A stretch of DNA of 64,000 nt from an uncultured Clostridia bacterium (GCA_947630765.1 CANRIX010000001.1:110743-174742), one strand, 5' to 3'. Shown: positions 44,082 to 54,042, counted from the first letter of the stretch. The notes: generated by a model not told the origin, from the letters alone. Made by a program: numbers and translations.

Positions 44082-46640
44082 ATGGCTACAAAAAAGACGA
44101 CCCGAAAAAGAAGCGCTCCCAAAAAAGCGCCGAAAAAGACGCAGAATGCCAGCGGATACGGCGGCGTGATCGCAGGAGCACTTGCGGTCTTTTTCGCTTT
44201 TTTCCTGATCCTGACCTTCTTCACGTGGATCGATAACGGCTTTTTCGGCGGCGTGCGGGACGTCGTGCGGGGGCTGTTCGGGTTTGGCTATTACGTCTTT
44301 CCGTTCCTGCTGCTGTTCATCGTGTTTGCTTGGACGGGCAAGTCCCGCCGCCCCGCCGCGGCGAGCAGGACCACGTTCGCGTCTTTCGCGTTCCTGTTTC
44401 TGCTCTGCCTGATCCACCTGCTTTCCGTGTCGCCCGCCGACGGGCAGCTCTACGGGGACGCGGTCAAATCCCTCGAGGGGCTGTACGCGAACGGCGTCGC
44501 GCTGCGATCCGGCGGCGCGGTCGGCGGATTCGTATGCGCCATGCTCGCCAAGGCGATCGGTTGGGTCGCCACGGCGATCCTCGCGTCGATCGGCCTGTTC
44601 GTCTGCGTCGTGTTCCTGTTCGGCAGCACGCCGATGCAGACCATCCGCGCCATCGGGCGGTTCTTCGGTTCGATCGTTCCGCGCCGCGACGACGCGGAGG
44701 AGGAGCCGGAGGAAGTGCCGGAGCCTGCGCAAAAATTCACGCGCACCCGCAAGCCCCCGCAAAAGGACGAGAAGGACGGCGACCGCAAGAATCGCGTCTC
44801 CACCGTTCTCGTGGACGACCGCGAGATCACGGACGAAGTGTCCCCGGAGGAACCGGGCGGAAACCGCCGTTTCATCTACCCGGAGGAGGAACAGCGGGAA
44901 GATTTTGCCCGCGTCCCGACGGAACTATTTGCAAAGGACGAAAGAAAGCAGGTGGAAGTGCCTGCGGAGGAGCCGGAAGTACTTTCTTTGGATGACGACG
45001 AGGAGGAACCCCTGCCGTCAGAATCGGAAGGCGAGCCTGAAATGCCGTCGGAAGACGACAGGGACGACCTTCCCCTCGCGGAGGAGGAGCTCTCGGACGG
45101 TCCGACCGCCGAACCGCTGGAGCTGCCGGAGGACGCGAAAGCGCCCTACGTCTTCCCGCCGCTTTCCCTGCTCGTGCCGGAGGACGGAACCGTCCCGCGC
45201 CCGACGAACGCGGAAATGGAGCGAACCAGCCGGCGGCTCGAAGCGGTGCTGGACAGCTTCAAGGTCAAGGCACGCGTGGTCGGGGCGACCTTCGGTCCGA
45301 CGGTCACGCGGTACGAGGTCCTGCCGGAAACCGGCGTCCGCGTCAAGCAGATCGCCAATCTTTCCGACGACCTTGCGCTGCACCTGTCCGCCGAATCGGT
45401 GCGTATCGAAAATATCCCGAGCAAGGGCGCGCTGGGCATTGAGATCCCGAACGTCGCCGCCGCGACCGTGCGCATGCGCAGTCTGATCGAAAACAGTGCC
45501 TTCCGGGAAAGCAAGAGCAAGCTGCTGACCGTGCTCGGCGAGGACGTCGCGGGCAACCCGGTCTACCTAGACATCGGCAAGATGCCGCACCTGATGATCG
45601 CCGGAACCACCGGCTCGGGCAAGTCGGTCTGCATGAATTCGCTGATCATTTCCCTGCTCTACCACGCGTCGCCGGACGAGGTCAAATTTATCATGATCGA
45701 CCCGAAAAAGGTCGAAATGGCGGATTACAGCGGGATCCCGCACCTGCTCGTGCCGGTCATTACCGACGTGAAAAAGGCCGCCGGGACGCTCAACTGGGCG
45801 TGCGCGGAAATGGAAAAGCGGTACAGCCTCATTCAGGAGGTCGCGGCGAAGAACCTCGTCGAATACAATTCCATCGTCAAGGACGACCCCGAGCGGGAGC
45901 AGCAGCCGTACATCGTCATCTTCATCGACGAGCTGGCGGACCTGATGATGACCGCCCCGGACGAGGTCGAGGAGTCCATCTGCCGTCTGGCGCAGAAGGC
46001 CCGCGCCGCGGGGATCCACCTCGTGCTGGGTACGCAGCGCCCGACAACGGACGTCATCACCGGCTTGATCAAGGCCAACGTCCCCTCCCGCATCGCGTTC
46101 AAGGTTTCCCAGCAGATGGATTCCCGCATCATTCTCGACCAGGGCGGCGCCGAAAAACTGCTCGGTCGCGGGGATATGCTCTATTACCCGGTGACGGCGA
46201 TGAAGCCGATTCGCGTGCAGGGCGCATTCGTCGACGGCAAGACCGAGGTCGTCGCCGTGACGGAATTCATCAAGCAGGCGGCCTCCGCGTCCTATAACGA
46301 GGAGATCATGTCCGAGATCGAGCGGGAAGCGAAGCTGTGCGGCGCTTCCAAGCGTGCGAAGCGCTCCGACGGCGAGGAGGGCGAAAACGAGCCGAAGCTG
46401 GACGACAAGTTCTTTGATGCGCTTGAAATGGCGATCGACACGCAGAACGTATCGACCTCCATGCTCCAGACGCGGCTCGGATTAGGCTACGCCCGCGCCG
46501 CCCGTATCGTCAATGCCATGGAACAAAAGGGCTACATCGGCGAATTCGATTCGGCGACCAAAAAGCGTCGGATCCTCATCACGCGTGAGGAGCTGATGGA
46601 ACTGAAAATGAGGCAAACGGACGATGCGGACGATGCGTAA
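44082..46640 (+). CDS. ftsK: DNA translocase FtsK/SpoIIIE
   Basis: 4-TM N-terminus, GPTVTRYE, PHLMIAGTTGSGKS, IDPKKVE, IDELADLMM, TQRP, gamma domain GY.RAARI. Confidence 0.96.
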   Translation: MATKKTTRKRSAPKKAPKKTQNASGYGGVIAGALAVFFAFFLILTFFTWIDNGFFGGVRDVVRGLFGFGYYVFPFLLLFIVFAWTGKSRRPAAASRTTFASFAFLFLLCLIHLLSVSPADGQLYGDAVKSLEGLYANGVALRSGGAVGGFVCAMLAKAIGWVATAILASIGLFVCVVFLFGSTPMQTIRAIGRFFGSIVPRRDDAEEEPEEVPEPAQKFTRTRKPPQKDEKDGDRKNRVSTVLVDDREITDEVSPEEPGGNRRFIYPEEEQREDFARVPTELFAKDERKQVEVPAEEPEVLSLDDDEEEPLPSESEGEPEMPSEDDRDDLPLAEEELSDGPTAEPLELPEDAKAPYVFPPLSLLVPEDGTVPRPTNAEMERTSRRLEAVLDSFKVKARVVGATFGPTVTRYEVLPETGVRVKQIANLSDDLALHLSAESVRIENIPSKGALGIEIPNVAAATVRMRSLIENSAFRESKSKLLTVLGEDVAGNPVYLDIGKMPHLMIAGTTGSGKSVCMNSLIISLLYHASPDEVKFIMIDPKKVEMADYSGIPHLLVPVITDVKKAAGTLNWACAEMEKRYSLIQEVAAKNLVEYNSIVKDDPEREQQPYIVIFIDELADLMMTAPDEVEESICRLAQKARAAGIHLVLGTQRPTTDVITGLIKANVPSRIAFKVSQQMDSRIILDQGGAEKLLGRGDMLYYPVTAMKPIRVQGAFVDGKTEVVAVTEFIKQAASASYNEEIMSEIEREAKLCGASKRAKRSDGEEGENEPKLDDKFFDALEMAIDTQNVSTSMLQTRLGLGYARAARIVNAMEQKGYIGEFDSATKKRRILITREELMELKMRQTDDADDA

Positions 46641-47145
46641 GCTGCTGCTTATCCCGCTCGCGCTCCTGCTGCTGCTTTCCGCCTGCGGGTCGGAGTCCGG
46701 CGACAGGCTGGCGACGCCGTTCGAGCAGATCGTGGATTCCCTGCGGACCGGTGACGTGCGAACGTACGAATCGGCGTTCCCGCCGGATTTCTGCAGCACC
46801 TATCGGAGCGAGTTCCCGAACCTTTCGGAAACCGTTGCGCTCCTGCTTTCCGCGACGGCGGAATATGACGTCAATGCGTACGGTGAGGATTCTTCCGTCG
46901 CCTACGAGATCGAAAGCACCGAGCGCAGCGACCCGTCGCTTTACGAGGGTGCGTTCGAGTTCGCCAACCTCGATTCCTTCTCGACGACCTTACCCCGTGC
47001 GGACGACGCGATGCGAGTGACCGTGACGGTGACCCGTTCCGGCTCGTTCGACGAAAAGACGACGGAATTGACGTATATCCTGCTGCAGTACGGCGGCACC
47101 TGGTACCTACACCCAAAGCATTTCGGCACGGTGTTAAACGACTGA
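46633..47145 (+). CDS. Hypothetical lipoprotein coupled to ftsK
   Basis: MRKLLL..LLLLLSAC lipobox; 8-nt overlap with the ftsK end. Confidence 0.75.
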   Translation: MRKLLLIPLALLLLLSACGSESGDRLATPFEQIVDSLRTGDVRTYESAFPPDFCSTYRSEFPNLSETVALLLSATAEYDVNAYGEDSSVAYEIESTERSDPSLYEGAFEFANLDSFSTTLPRADDAMRVTVTVTRSGSFDEKTTELTYILLQYGGTWYLHPKHFGTVLND

Positions 47146-47166
47146 TTTTGGCAGCAAACACAATCG

Positions 47167-47210
47167 CGGCGGCGTCAGCGCCAGTTCTGACGCCGCCTCC
47201 GTTTTTCTTT
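47167..47210 (+). terminator. Intrinsic terminator
   Basis: GGCGGCGTCAG..CTGACGCCGCC followed by a T-rich tail. Confidence 0.8.
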
Positions 47211-47441
47211 TAATGCTGTCCCCATGCCCCAAACATATTCGTGTTTGGAGCCAGCGGCTCATGCCCGCTTACGGGACAATATTTTCATTGTAATTTTTCC
47301 TTTTTTCATTCTGATTTTTGTCAAAAACGGGGTATCGGTTTTTCCGATAGCCGCAAATCGGATTCCCGTATTGGACAAACGCCGGTCTTTTTGCTATACT
47401 ATGCAAAAAGAAGGCGGGCAACCGCAGAAAGGAACCACACC

Positions 47442-48746
47442 ATGGCAGATATTCGCGATTCCAAAAACTGGGGCTTTGAAACCAAGCAGCTTCACATCGG
47501 GCAGGAGCAAGCCGACCCCGCTACCGACGCGCGGGCGGTGCCTATCTACGCTTCCACCTCGTTCGTCTTTCACAACGCGCAGCACGCCGCCGACCGCTTC
47601 GGTCTGCGGGACGCCGGAAACATCTATGGGCGGCTCACCAACCCGACGCAGGACGTTTTCGAGCAGCGTATCGCCTCGCTGGAGGGCGGCGTTGCGGCGC
47701 TGGCGACCGCTTCAGGCGCGGCAGCGATCCACTACACCATCAGCGCTCTGGCAAAAAGCGGGGAGCACGTCGTCGCCGCCAAAACCATCTACGGCGGCAC
47801 CTACAACCTGCTGGCGCACACCCTGCCGCTCACGTCCGGCATCACCACGACCTTCGTCGACCCCGAGGAGGCGGGCTCCTTTGAAGCCGCCATTCAGCCC
47901 AACACCAAAGCCGTCTTCGTTGAAACGCTGGGCAACCCCAATTCCAACATCATCGACATCGAAGAGGTCGCGGCAGTCGCGCACAGGCACGGCATCCCGC
48001 TGGTGATCGACTCCACCTTCGCGACCCCGTACCTCATTCGACCGCTCGAACACGGCGCGGACATCGTGGTCCATTCCGCCACCAAATTCATCGGCGGACA
48101 CGGCACGGCCATCGGCGGCGTCATCGTGGACGGCGGAAAATTCGATTGGAAGGCGTCCGGGCGCTTCCCGTGGATTTCCGAGCCGAATCCCAGCTATCAC
48201 GGCGTGTCCTTCGCCGACGCGGTCGGTCCCGCCGCTTTCGTCACCTATATCCGTGCGATCCTGCTGCGCGACACCGGCTCGACGCTTTCGCCGTTCCACG
48301 CGTTCCTGTTCCTGCAGGGGCTCGAAACGCTCTCCATTCGCGTGGAGCGCCACGTGGAAAATGCGTTGAAGATCGTGAAGTACCTGCACGCGCACCCGCA
48401 GGTGGAAGCGGTTCATCACCCGTCGCTGGAAACCGATCCGAGCCACAAACTCTATCAAAAGTATTTCCCGAACGGCGCCGGCTCCATCTTCACCTTCGAG
48501 ATCAAGGGGGACGACGAGACCGCGAAGAAATTCATCGACAATCTGGCGATCTTCTCCCTGCTGGCAAACGTCGCGGACGTCAAATCCCTCGTGATCCACC
48601 CGGCCAGCACCACCCATTCGCAGCTGACTGACGCGGAACTGCGCGAGCAGGGCATCCAGCCCAACACGATCCGCCTTTCCATCGGGATCGAAAGCGCGTC
48701 CGACCTGATCGCGGCGCTGGACGCGGCGTTTGAAGCGGTAAAGTAG
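47442..48746 (+). CDS. metY: O-acetylhomoserine aminocarboxypropyltransferase (sulfhydrylase)
   Basis: FET.QLH.GQ, YGRLTNPT, SGAAA, HSATKFIGGHG, LANVADVKSLVIHPASTTH. Confidence 0.93.
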   Translation: MADIRDSKNWGFETKQLHIGQEQADPATDARAVPIYASTSFVFHNAQHAADRFGLRDAGNIYGRLTNPTQDVFEQRIASLEGGVAALATASGAAAIHYTISALAKSGEHVVAAKTIYGGTYNLLAHTLPLTSGITTTFVDPEEAGSFEAAIQPNTKAVFVETLGNPNSNIIDIEEVAAVAHRHGIPLVIDSTFATPYLIRPLEHGADIVVHSATKFIGGHGTAIGGVIVDGGKFDWKASGRFPWISEPNPSYHGVSFADAVGPAAFVTYIRAILLRDTGSTLSPFHAFLFLQGLETLSIRVERHVENALKIVKYLHAHPQVEAVHHPSLETDPSHKLYQKYFPNGAGSIFTFEIKGDDETAKKFIDNLAIFSLLANVADVKSLVIHPASTTHSQLTDAELREQGIQPNTIRLSIGIESASDLIAALDAAFEAVK

Positions 48747-48755
48747 AATAAAAGC

Positions 48756-48801
48756 AAAAAGGACCTCCTGCGGCGGGAAAGAACGCCGCGGGAGGTCTTT
48801 T
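48756..48801. terminator. Bidirectional terminator
   Basis: AAAAAGGACCTCCTGCGGCG..CGCCGCGGGAGGTCTTTT. Confidence 0.8.
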
Positions 48802-48808
48802 CGACGGG

Positions 48809-49474
48809 TCAGACGTACTTCTGCAGATCCGAAAGCGCAAGCACGGTATACCCGTCCGCGAGCGCACCGGCGCAGTACTTCGCGAGCGCGTACCCGGTCG
48901 TGCCGTTCAACTGCCCGCAGTCGGCGACCGCGCCCGGGGACGGCGCATCCGTCAGCCCGCACCGGCTCCCGACGCAGACCTGCCCATACGCCTGCAGCGC
49001 GGCGGAAAAAGCGTCGCTCGGGCCGCCGGACGCGAGGCGGACGAAGCGCGGGAACGTCCCGGTCAGCGAAAGGAAGCGCTCGTTCTCCTCCGCGAGGTTC
49101 GACATGACCCGCTTGCGCGTCGCGCCGCCCGGCTCACGCTCGAACAGAAGCCCCAATTCCGCGTAGGAGAAATCCGAAAGCTCCGAACGGTGCTCCTCCA
49201 GCCAGTCGTTCGTCACGAACAGGCACGGACGCACGTCCATGCCCGCGCAGACGGACCCGAACAGCTCCAGCGACGCCCTACTCTCGATGCCGGTCAGCGA
49301 GACGGTGACGGCGCAGAGGGACTGGTCGGTCACAAGCCCGTCGAACGGCTTCATCGCCGGAATGCTTTCGGACTTTCCGCCGCCCCGCCGAAGCAGCAGC
49401 GCGGTTGCGAGCAACGCGAACAGTACGAGCGCAAGGATCCGACGCTTCCTGCGCTTTGTCCGTTGAAATGCCAC
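48809..49474 (-). CDS. Polysaccharide deacetylase (NodB)-like protein with degenerate catalytic motifs
   Basis: N-terminal TM; CLFVTNDWLEEH and P.FVR..G resemble PdaA/PdaB; DD and HxxxH motifs absent; start codon uncertain. Confidence 0.55.
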   Translation of the reverse strand: MAFQRTKRRKRRILALVLFALLATALLLRRGGGKSESIPAMKPFDGLVTDQSLCAVTVSLTGIESRASLELFGSVCAGMDVRPCLFVTNDWLEEHRSELSDFSYAELGLLFEREPGGATRKRVMSNLAEENERFLSLTGTFPRFVRLASGGPSDAFSAALQAYGQVCVGSRCGLTDAPSPGAVADCGQLNGTTGYALAKYCAGALADGYTVLALSDLQKYV

Positions 49475-49643
49475 GGTCAACACCCCTTGCAACGCTTTTT
49501 TCGCAAAAAAGACGTCCGACCGCATAAACTTCCCGCACGGGACCGCAAAGGTCCCTTTTTTCCTATCCTATGCGGGAAAACCTGTCCGTATGCAAAGAAA
49601 AAACGGCTCGCAGACCGCGGAGCCGTTTTTGCATTTTTTCGGT

Positions 49644-49868
49644 TTACTTGTGGGATTCGATGTACGCGGCGACGTCGCCGAGCGTCAGAAGGGACGGAAG
49701 GTCCTCGTCCGCAAAGACGATCCCGAACCGATCCTCGCACATGACGATCAGGTCCGCAAGCTCCAGCGAATTCATGCCCAGCCCGGAGATCAGCTCGGTT
49801 CCCGGGGTGATCTGCTCCGGGTCAAAGTGCATTTCGTTGATCAGAATTTCCTTGATTTGTTCAAACAT
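49644..49868 (-). CDS. Acyl carrier protein
   Basis: 74 aa acidic protein, LGMNSLEL phosphopantetheine site, TLGDVAAYI. Confidence 0.88.
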   Translation of the reverse strand: MFEQIKEILINEMHFDPEQITPGTELISGLGMNSLELADLIVMCEDRFGIVFADEDLPSLLTLGDVAAYIESHK

Positions 49869-49893
49869 GGCGTTTTCAACTCCCCTGCTTTTT

Positions 49894-51621
49894 TCAGACT
49901 TTATAGCGGATGATCTTCTGGGTCGTGGTCTTTTCAAACTCGGTCTTGCGCAGCTCGACGTTGCGGATCTGCTTGAACACCGGGAGGTTCTTGTTGACCT
50001 TGGTCACTTCCGCTTTGATGATTTCCACGACTTCCTCGTCGGTCTTGCCTTGGAGCCGGTCGAAATCCGGGTAAATGACGGCGGTGATGACGTCCTCCTC
50101 GGCGCCCGGCTGCTTGCGGGCCAGCACGACGCATTCCTTGATCAGGTCGATCTTATAAAGATGCTCCTCGAGCTCCTCCGGGTAGACGTTCTTGCCGTTG
50201 GAAAGGATGATGATATTCTTTTTCCGCCCGGTGATGAACAGGTAGCCGTCCTCGTCGAGATAGCCGTAATCGCCGGTGCGGAAATACCCCTCGTTGTTGA
50301 ACGCCGCCTTCGTCGCCTCGTCGTCCTCGTAATAGCCGAGCATGACCTGCTCGCTCTTGACGCAGATCTCCCCGATGGCGTAAGGCGGGGCGTCCACTTC
50401 CCGCGTGTCCTCGCCGGTCTGCACGATCCTGACCTGCGTCCCGTACGCCGGAAGCCCGACCGAGCCGAACTTCATGGCCGTATACGGCACGACGCACACC
50501 AGCGGGGAGCACTCGGTGATGCCGTACCCCTGGCAGACCTTGATGCCGAATTCGTCGAACCGATCCACCAGCTCCGGGTCCATCGGCGCACCGCCGCAGA
50601 TGATCTTTTTCAACCGCCCGCCGAGCGCTTCCGTCACCTCGGCGAACACCGCGCCGCGCACATCTACGCCGACCTTGCGCAGGGCCTTCGTCGCCTTGAT
50701 GGCACGCCGGACCAGTTTTTCCTTGCCCTTCTTGCGGATCTCTTCGCAAATTTTCTTGTAGATCGTCGTCAGGAACAGCGGGACGAGGATCATCGCCGTC
50801 GGGCGGAAGATCTTGACGTTCCGCAGGAAATACTTCAGGCTGTTGTTGAAGCAGACCGTCGCGCCGATGCAAAGCGCCCCGAATTCCCCGCAGACGAGCT
50901 CATAGGTGTGGTGCAAAGGCAGAACGCTGAACAGCACGTCTCCCCGGTGGATATCCACCATATTGAGCGAATGGTAGACGCAGGCGGTCAGATTATCCTG
51001 CGAAAGCAGGACGCCCTTGCTGGTGCCGGTCGTGCCGGAGGTGAAGAGCAGCGTGCAGGGCTTGGAGGTGTCGAACCGGGCCTTGGTGTATTCCACATAG
51101 CCGTCGGAAAGCAGCAGATCCCCCTTGAGCAGGAGCTGCCGGTACTCCCCGTCCGTTTCCTCCCCGCCTTCCGCGGGCTCGGCGTCGAAATCAAAGACGT
51201 AGCGCAGGGCCGGCAGGTCCGCCCGTCTCGCGTTCAGCATCTCGGCGAAGCGGTGGGAACAGAAGATCGCCTCCGCGCCCGACCGATTGAGGAAATTGCA
51301 GATCTGATCCGGCTGCAGCTCCTTATCCAGCGGGACGACGACGCCGCCGCCGCAGACCACGGCGCAGAAGGACAGCATCCATTCCGGGCGGCTTTCGGAA
51401 AGCACGGCGATCGTCGAAGTTCGCAGTCCCCTCGCGGCAAGCGCCGTTCCGAGCGCGTCCACCTGGGCGCGGAAATCCCGGTAGGAAATTTCCCCGATCT
51501 CGTTCCCTTCTTGAAAGTAACGGTAGAGAATCGCGTCGCCATACGTGGCGGACGCGTAATCGAGAATGTCGCGAATGCTCGCGAACCTTTCGATCTGCGG
51601 TTTTGGAAGATAACGTTTCAA
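49894..51621 (-). CDS. AMP-binding long-chain acyl ligase (acyl-CoA or acyl-ACP synthetase)
   Basis: FTSGTTGTSKGV, GYGITE, F.TGDYG, GRKKNII.LSNGKNVYPEELE; promoter TTGACA-17-TATAAT on the minus strand at 51670-51698. Confidence 0.9.
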   Translation of the reverse strand: MKRYLPKPQIERFASIRDILDYASATYGDAILYRYFQEGNEIGEISYRDFRAQVDALGTALAARGLRTSTIAVLSESRPEWMLSFCAVVCGGGVVVPLDKELQPDQICNFLNRSGAEAIFCSHRFAEMLNARRADLPALRYVFDFDAEPAEGGEETDGEYRQLLLKGDLLLSDGYVEYTKARFDTSKPCTLLFTSGTTGTSKGVLLSQDNLTACVYHSLNMVDIHRGDVLFSVLPLHHTYELVCGEFGALCIGATVCFNNSLKYFLRNVKIFRPTAMILVPLFLTTIYKKICEEIRKKGKEKLVRRAIKATKALRKVGVDVRGAVFAEVTEALGGRLKKIICGGAPMDPELVDRFDEFGIKVCQGYGITECSPLVCVVPYTAMKFGSVGLPAYGTQVRIVQTGEDTREVDAPPYAIGEICVKSEQVMLGYYEDDEATKAAFNNEGYFRTGDYGYLDEDGYLFITGRKKNIIILSNGKNVYPEELEEHLYKIDLIKECVVLARKQPGAEEDVITAVIYPDFDRLQGKTDEEVVEIIKAEVTKVNKNLPVFKQIRNVELRKTEFEKTTTQKIIRYKV

Positions 51622-51706
51622 GAGCAAACCCACCTTACCGTCATAAAATCGTGAAATCCCTTTTCTATAATTATACCCTTCGGTCGGGAAATTGTCAAGG
51701 GATAAA

Positions 51707-51736
51707 GCATAATTTCTTCGCTTCCGCACCAAAATA
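51707..51736 (+). promoter_or_regulatory. sigmaG-type forespore promoter for spoVA
   Basis: GCATA-18 nt-CAAAATA, matching the established sigmaG consensus and the known sigmaG control of spoVA. Confidence 0.6.
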
Positions 51737-51771
51737 GTACCGAAAAAGAAACGAAAAGAGAGGAAACCTGT

Positions 51772-52206
51772 ATGGATGCAAAAGCCTATCAAACCTATAC
51801 CGAGTCCCGTGCCAAGCGTTCGCACGTCCTGCGGGACTGCCTGCGTGCGTTCTGGGTCGGCGGGCTGATCTGCTGTCTCGGGCAGGCGCTGAGCGTGCTC
51901 TACCAATGGGCGGGAATGGAGGAAAAGCCCGCCGGACTGTGCGTATCGGTCACGCTGATCTTCCTCGCCGGACTGCTGACCGGGATCGGCTGGTTCGACC
52001 GCATCGCGAGATACGCTGGGGCGGGAACGCTCGTGCCGATCACCGGCTTTTCCAACGCCGTCGCGGCGCCCGCCATCGACGCACGTGCGGAAGGATACGT
52101 CACCGGCGTCGCCGCGAAGATGTTCACGATCGCGGGACCGGTCATCGTGTACGGGGCGGTCAGCTCCATCCTGTATGGGGTGCTGTACTACCTGTTCACG
52201 CTCTGA
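51772..52206 (+). CDS. spoVAC: Stage V sporulation protein AC
   Basis: AF.VGG.IC..GQ, AGAGT.VPITGF.NA, KMFTIAGPVIVYG. Confidence 0.95.
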   Translation: MDAKAYQTYTESRAKRSHVLRDCLRAFWVGGLICCLGQALSVLYQWAGMEEKPAGLCVSVTLIFLAGLLTGIGWFDRIARYAGAGTLVPITGFSNAVAAPAIDARAEGYVTGVAAKMFTIAGPVIVYGAVSSILYGVLYYLFTL

Positions 52207-52220
52207 AAGGGGGATTTACC

Positions 52221-53237
52221 ATGGCAAATAACGGCGTCATTCGCTTCACCGGCGGGTGCTACCTCGCGCAGACGGCGACGACGGTCGGCAAAAAGGAACA
52301 CCAAGGACCGCTGAACGCCTGGTTCGACGCGTCCGAATCCGACGAATACTTCGGGCAAAGCACCTTCGAGCAGGCGGAAAGCGAAATGGTCCGCCGCAAC
52401 CTGCGGCTGCTGCTCGAAAAGGCGAACGTGAAGGAAGAAGAGATCGGGGCGGTGCTCGGCGGGGACCTCGTCAACCAATGCACCGGGACGAGCTTCGGCA
52501 TTTCCGGGTATCAGATCCCCTTCCTCGGGCTGTACGGCGCCTGCTCGACCATCGCGGAAGCGCTGCTGATCGGCGCGTCGCTGGTCAGCGGCGGATTCCT
52601 GCCGAGCGCGGTCGCGCTCGCGTCGTCGCATTTCTGCACGGCGGAGCGGCAGTACCGTTTCCCGCCGGAATACGGCAGTCAGCGCACCCCGACGGCGCAG
52701 TACACGGTCACCGGGACGGGCGCGTTCCTGCTGACGGCGGAGGACACGGGCATCCGCGTCGCGGACGGCGTGCTCGGCGTCGTGACGGACGGCGGTATCA
52801 CCGACGCGAACAACATGGGCGCGGCGATGGCGCCCGCGGCGGCGGACACGATCCTGCGCTACTTCGACCACAGCGGGCGTTCGCTCGCGGACTTCGACGC
52901 GGTCGTCACCGGCGACCTCGGGCAGGAAGGGCTGGAACTGACCGACGAGCTTCTGCAGAAATGCGGGCTGGACATCGCCCCGAAGCATCTCGACTGCGGC
53001 GTGCTGATCTACGACGCAAAGAAGCAGGATATGCATTCCGGCGGAAGCGGGTGCGGGTGCCTCGCGTCGGTGCTCGGCGGTTATTTCTTCCAACGTATGC
53101 GGCGCGGGGAGCTCGGGCGCATCCTCGCCATCGGCACCGGCGCACTGCTGAGCGCCAACAGCGCGTTCCAGAAGCTGTCCATTCCGTCCGTCGCGCACGC
53201 GGTGTGCCTCGAATCCACGACCGGGAAGGGGGCGTAA
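52221..53237 (+). CDS. spoVAD: Stage V sporulation protein AD
   Basis: GKKE..GPL, GDL.NQ, GLYGACST, SHF.TAERQYR.P.EYG, AMAPAA, GGSGCGC. Confidence 0.95.
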   Translation: MANNGVIRFTGGCYLAQTATTVGKKEHQGPLNAWFDASESDEYFGQSTFEQAESEMVRRNLRLLLEKANVKEEEIGAVLGGDLVNQCTGTSFGISGYQIPFLGLYGACSTIAEALLIGASLVSGGFLPSAVALASSHFCTAERQYRFPPEYGSQRTPTAQYTVTGTGAFLLTAEDTGIRVADGVLGVVTDGGITDANNMGAAMAPAAADTILRYFDHSGRSLADFDAVVTGDLGQEGLELTDELLQKCGLDIAPKHLDCGVLIYDAKKQDMHSGGSGCGCLASVLGGYFFQRMRRGELGRILAIGTGALLSANSAFQKLSIPSVAHAVCLESTTGKGA

Positions 53238-53240
53238 CGC

Positions 53241-53603
53241 ATGGATTGGCTGCAATTTCTTCACGCATTCTGGGTCGGCGGGCTGTTCTGCGTCGTCGCG
53301 CAGCTGCTCATCGACCTGACCAAACTGACGCCGGCACGGATCCTGACCGGGTACGTCTGCGCGGGCGTGGTGCTCAGCGCGGTCGGGCTGTACGGCCCGC
53401 TCAAGGAATTTGCCGGATGCGGCGCCGCCGTCCCGCTGACCGGGTTCGGTCACGCGCTGGCGGAAGGCGTGCGGGAAGCGGTGAAAACCGACGGACTGCT
53501 CGGTGCGCTTTCCGGCGGTCTGACCGCCGCGGCGACCGGCGTTTCCGCGTCGCTGTTCTTCGCGCTCCTTTGGAGTTTGCTATTCAAATCGAAGCAGAAA
53601 TAG
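53241..53603 (+). CDS. spoVAE: Stage V sporulation protein AE (AEb)
   Basis: AF.VGG..C, LTPARI, AG.GA.VPLTGFG. Confidence 0.93.
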   Translation: MDWLQFLHAFWVGGLFCVVAQLLIDLTKLTPARILTGYVCAGVVLSAVGLYGPLKEFAGCGAAVPLTGFGHALAEGVREAVKTDGLLGALSGGLTAAATGVSASLFFALLWSLLFKSKQK

Positions 53604-53629
53604 CACGGCGGAGTGGCAGGGATTTCCAA

Positions 53630-53658
53630 TCATATTTTCGTATCTGCTGTGCAAAATA
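53630..53658 (+). promoter_or_regulatory. Possible sigmaG promoter for the SASP gene
   Basis: TCATA-17 nt-CAAAATA; same -10 element as upstream of spoVAC. Confidence 0.4.
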
Positions 53659-53749
53659 ACAGCGAGGGAAAACCTCTGATATAGAAACGAACGAACCGCG
53701 GCGTAAAACGGAAGGCCGCAAAAAGAAAACAGAAAAGGAGAACAACGAA

Positions 53750-53941
53750 ATGTCGAACAAGAATCTTGTGCCGGAAGCGAAGTCTGCGCTTGACAAGTTC
53801 AAGATGGAAGCGGCGAGCGAAGTCGGCGTCAACCTCAAGCAGGGGTACAACGGCGACCTGACCTCCAAGCAGGCCGGTTCTGTCGGTGGCCAGATGGTCA
53901 AGAAAATGATCGAGAGCTACGAGAACAATATCAAGGGCTAA
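53750..53941 (+). CDS. Alpha/beta-type small acid-soluble spore protein
   Basis: KFKMEAASEVGV, LTSKQAGSVGGQMVKKMI. Confidence 0.96.
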   Translation: MSNKNLVPEAKSALDKFKMEAASEVGVNLKQGYNGDLTSKQAGSVGGQMVKKMIESYENNIKG

Positions 53942-54013
53942 CCGATCTCCCTTTCATGGGCGAAGGAGCAGATAGAAAAGTCTGTTCCTTCGCCGTTTTT
54001 TTACAAAAAAGGC

Positions 54014-54042
54014 TTGCACTTTTCATAAAAATCTGCTATTCT
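54014..54042 (+). promoter_or_regulatory. sigmaA-type promoter for the VTC operon
   Basis: TTGCAC-17 nt-TATTCT after the SASP terminator (about 53958-54002). Confidence 0.55.

Noticed and set aside
47211-47441. SAM riboswitch or T-box upstream of metY
   Set aside because: No S-box core or T-box motif; a plausible sigmaA -10 (TATACT) lies about 40 nt from the start, leaving no room for a leader.
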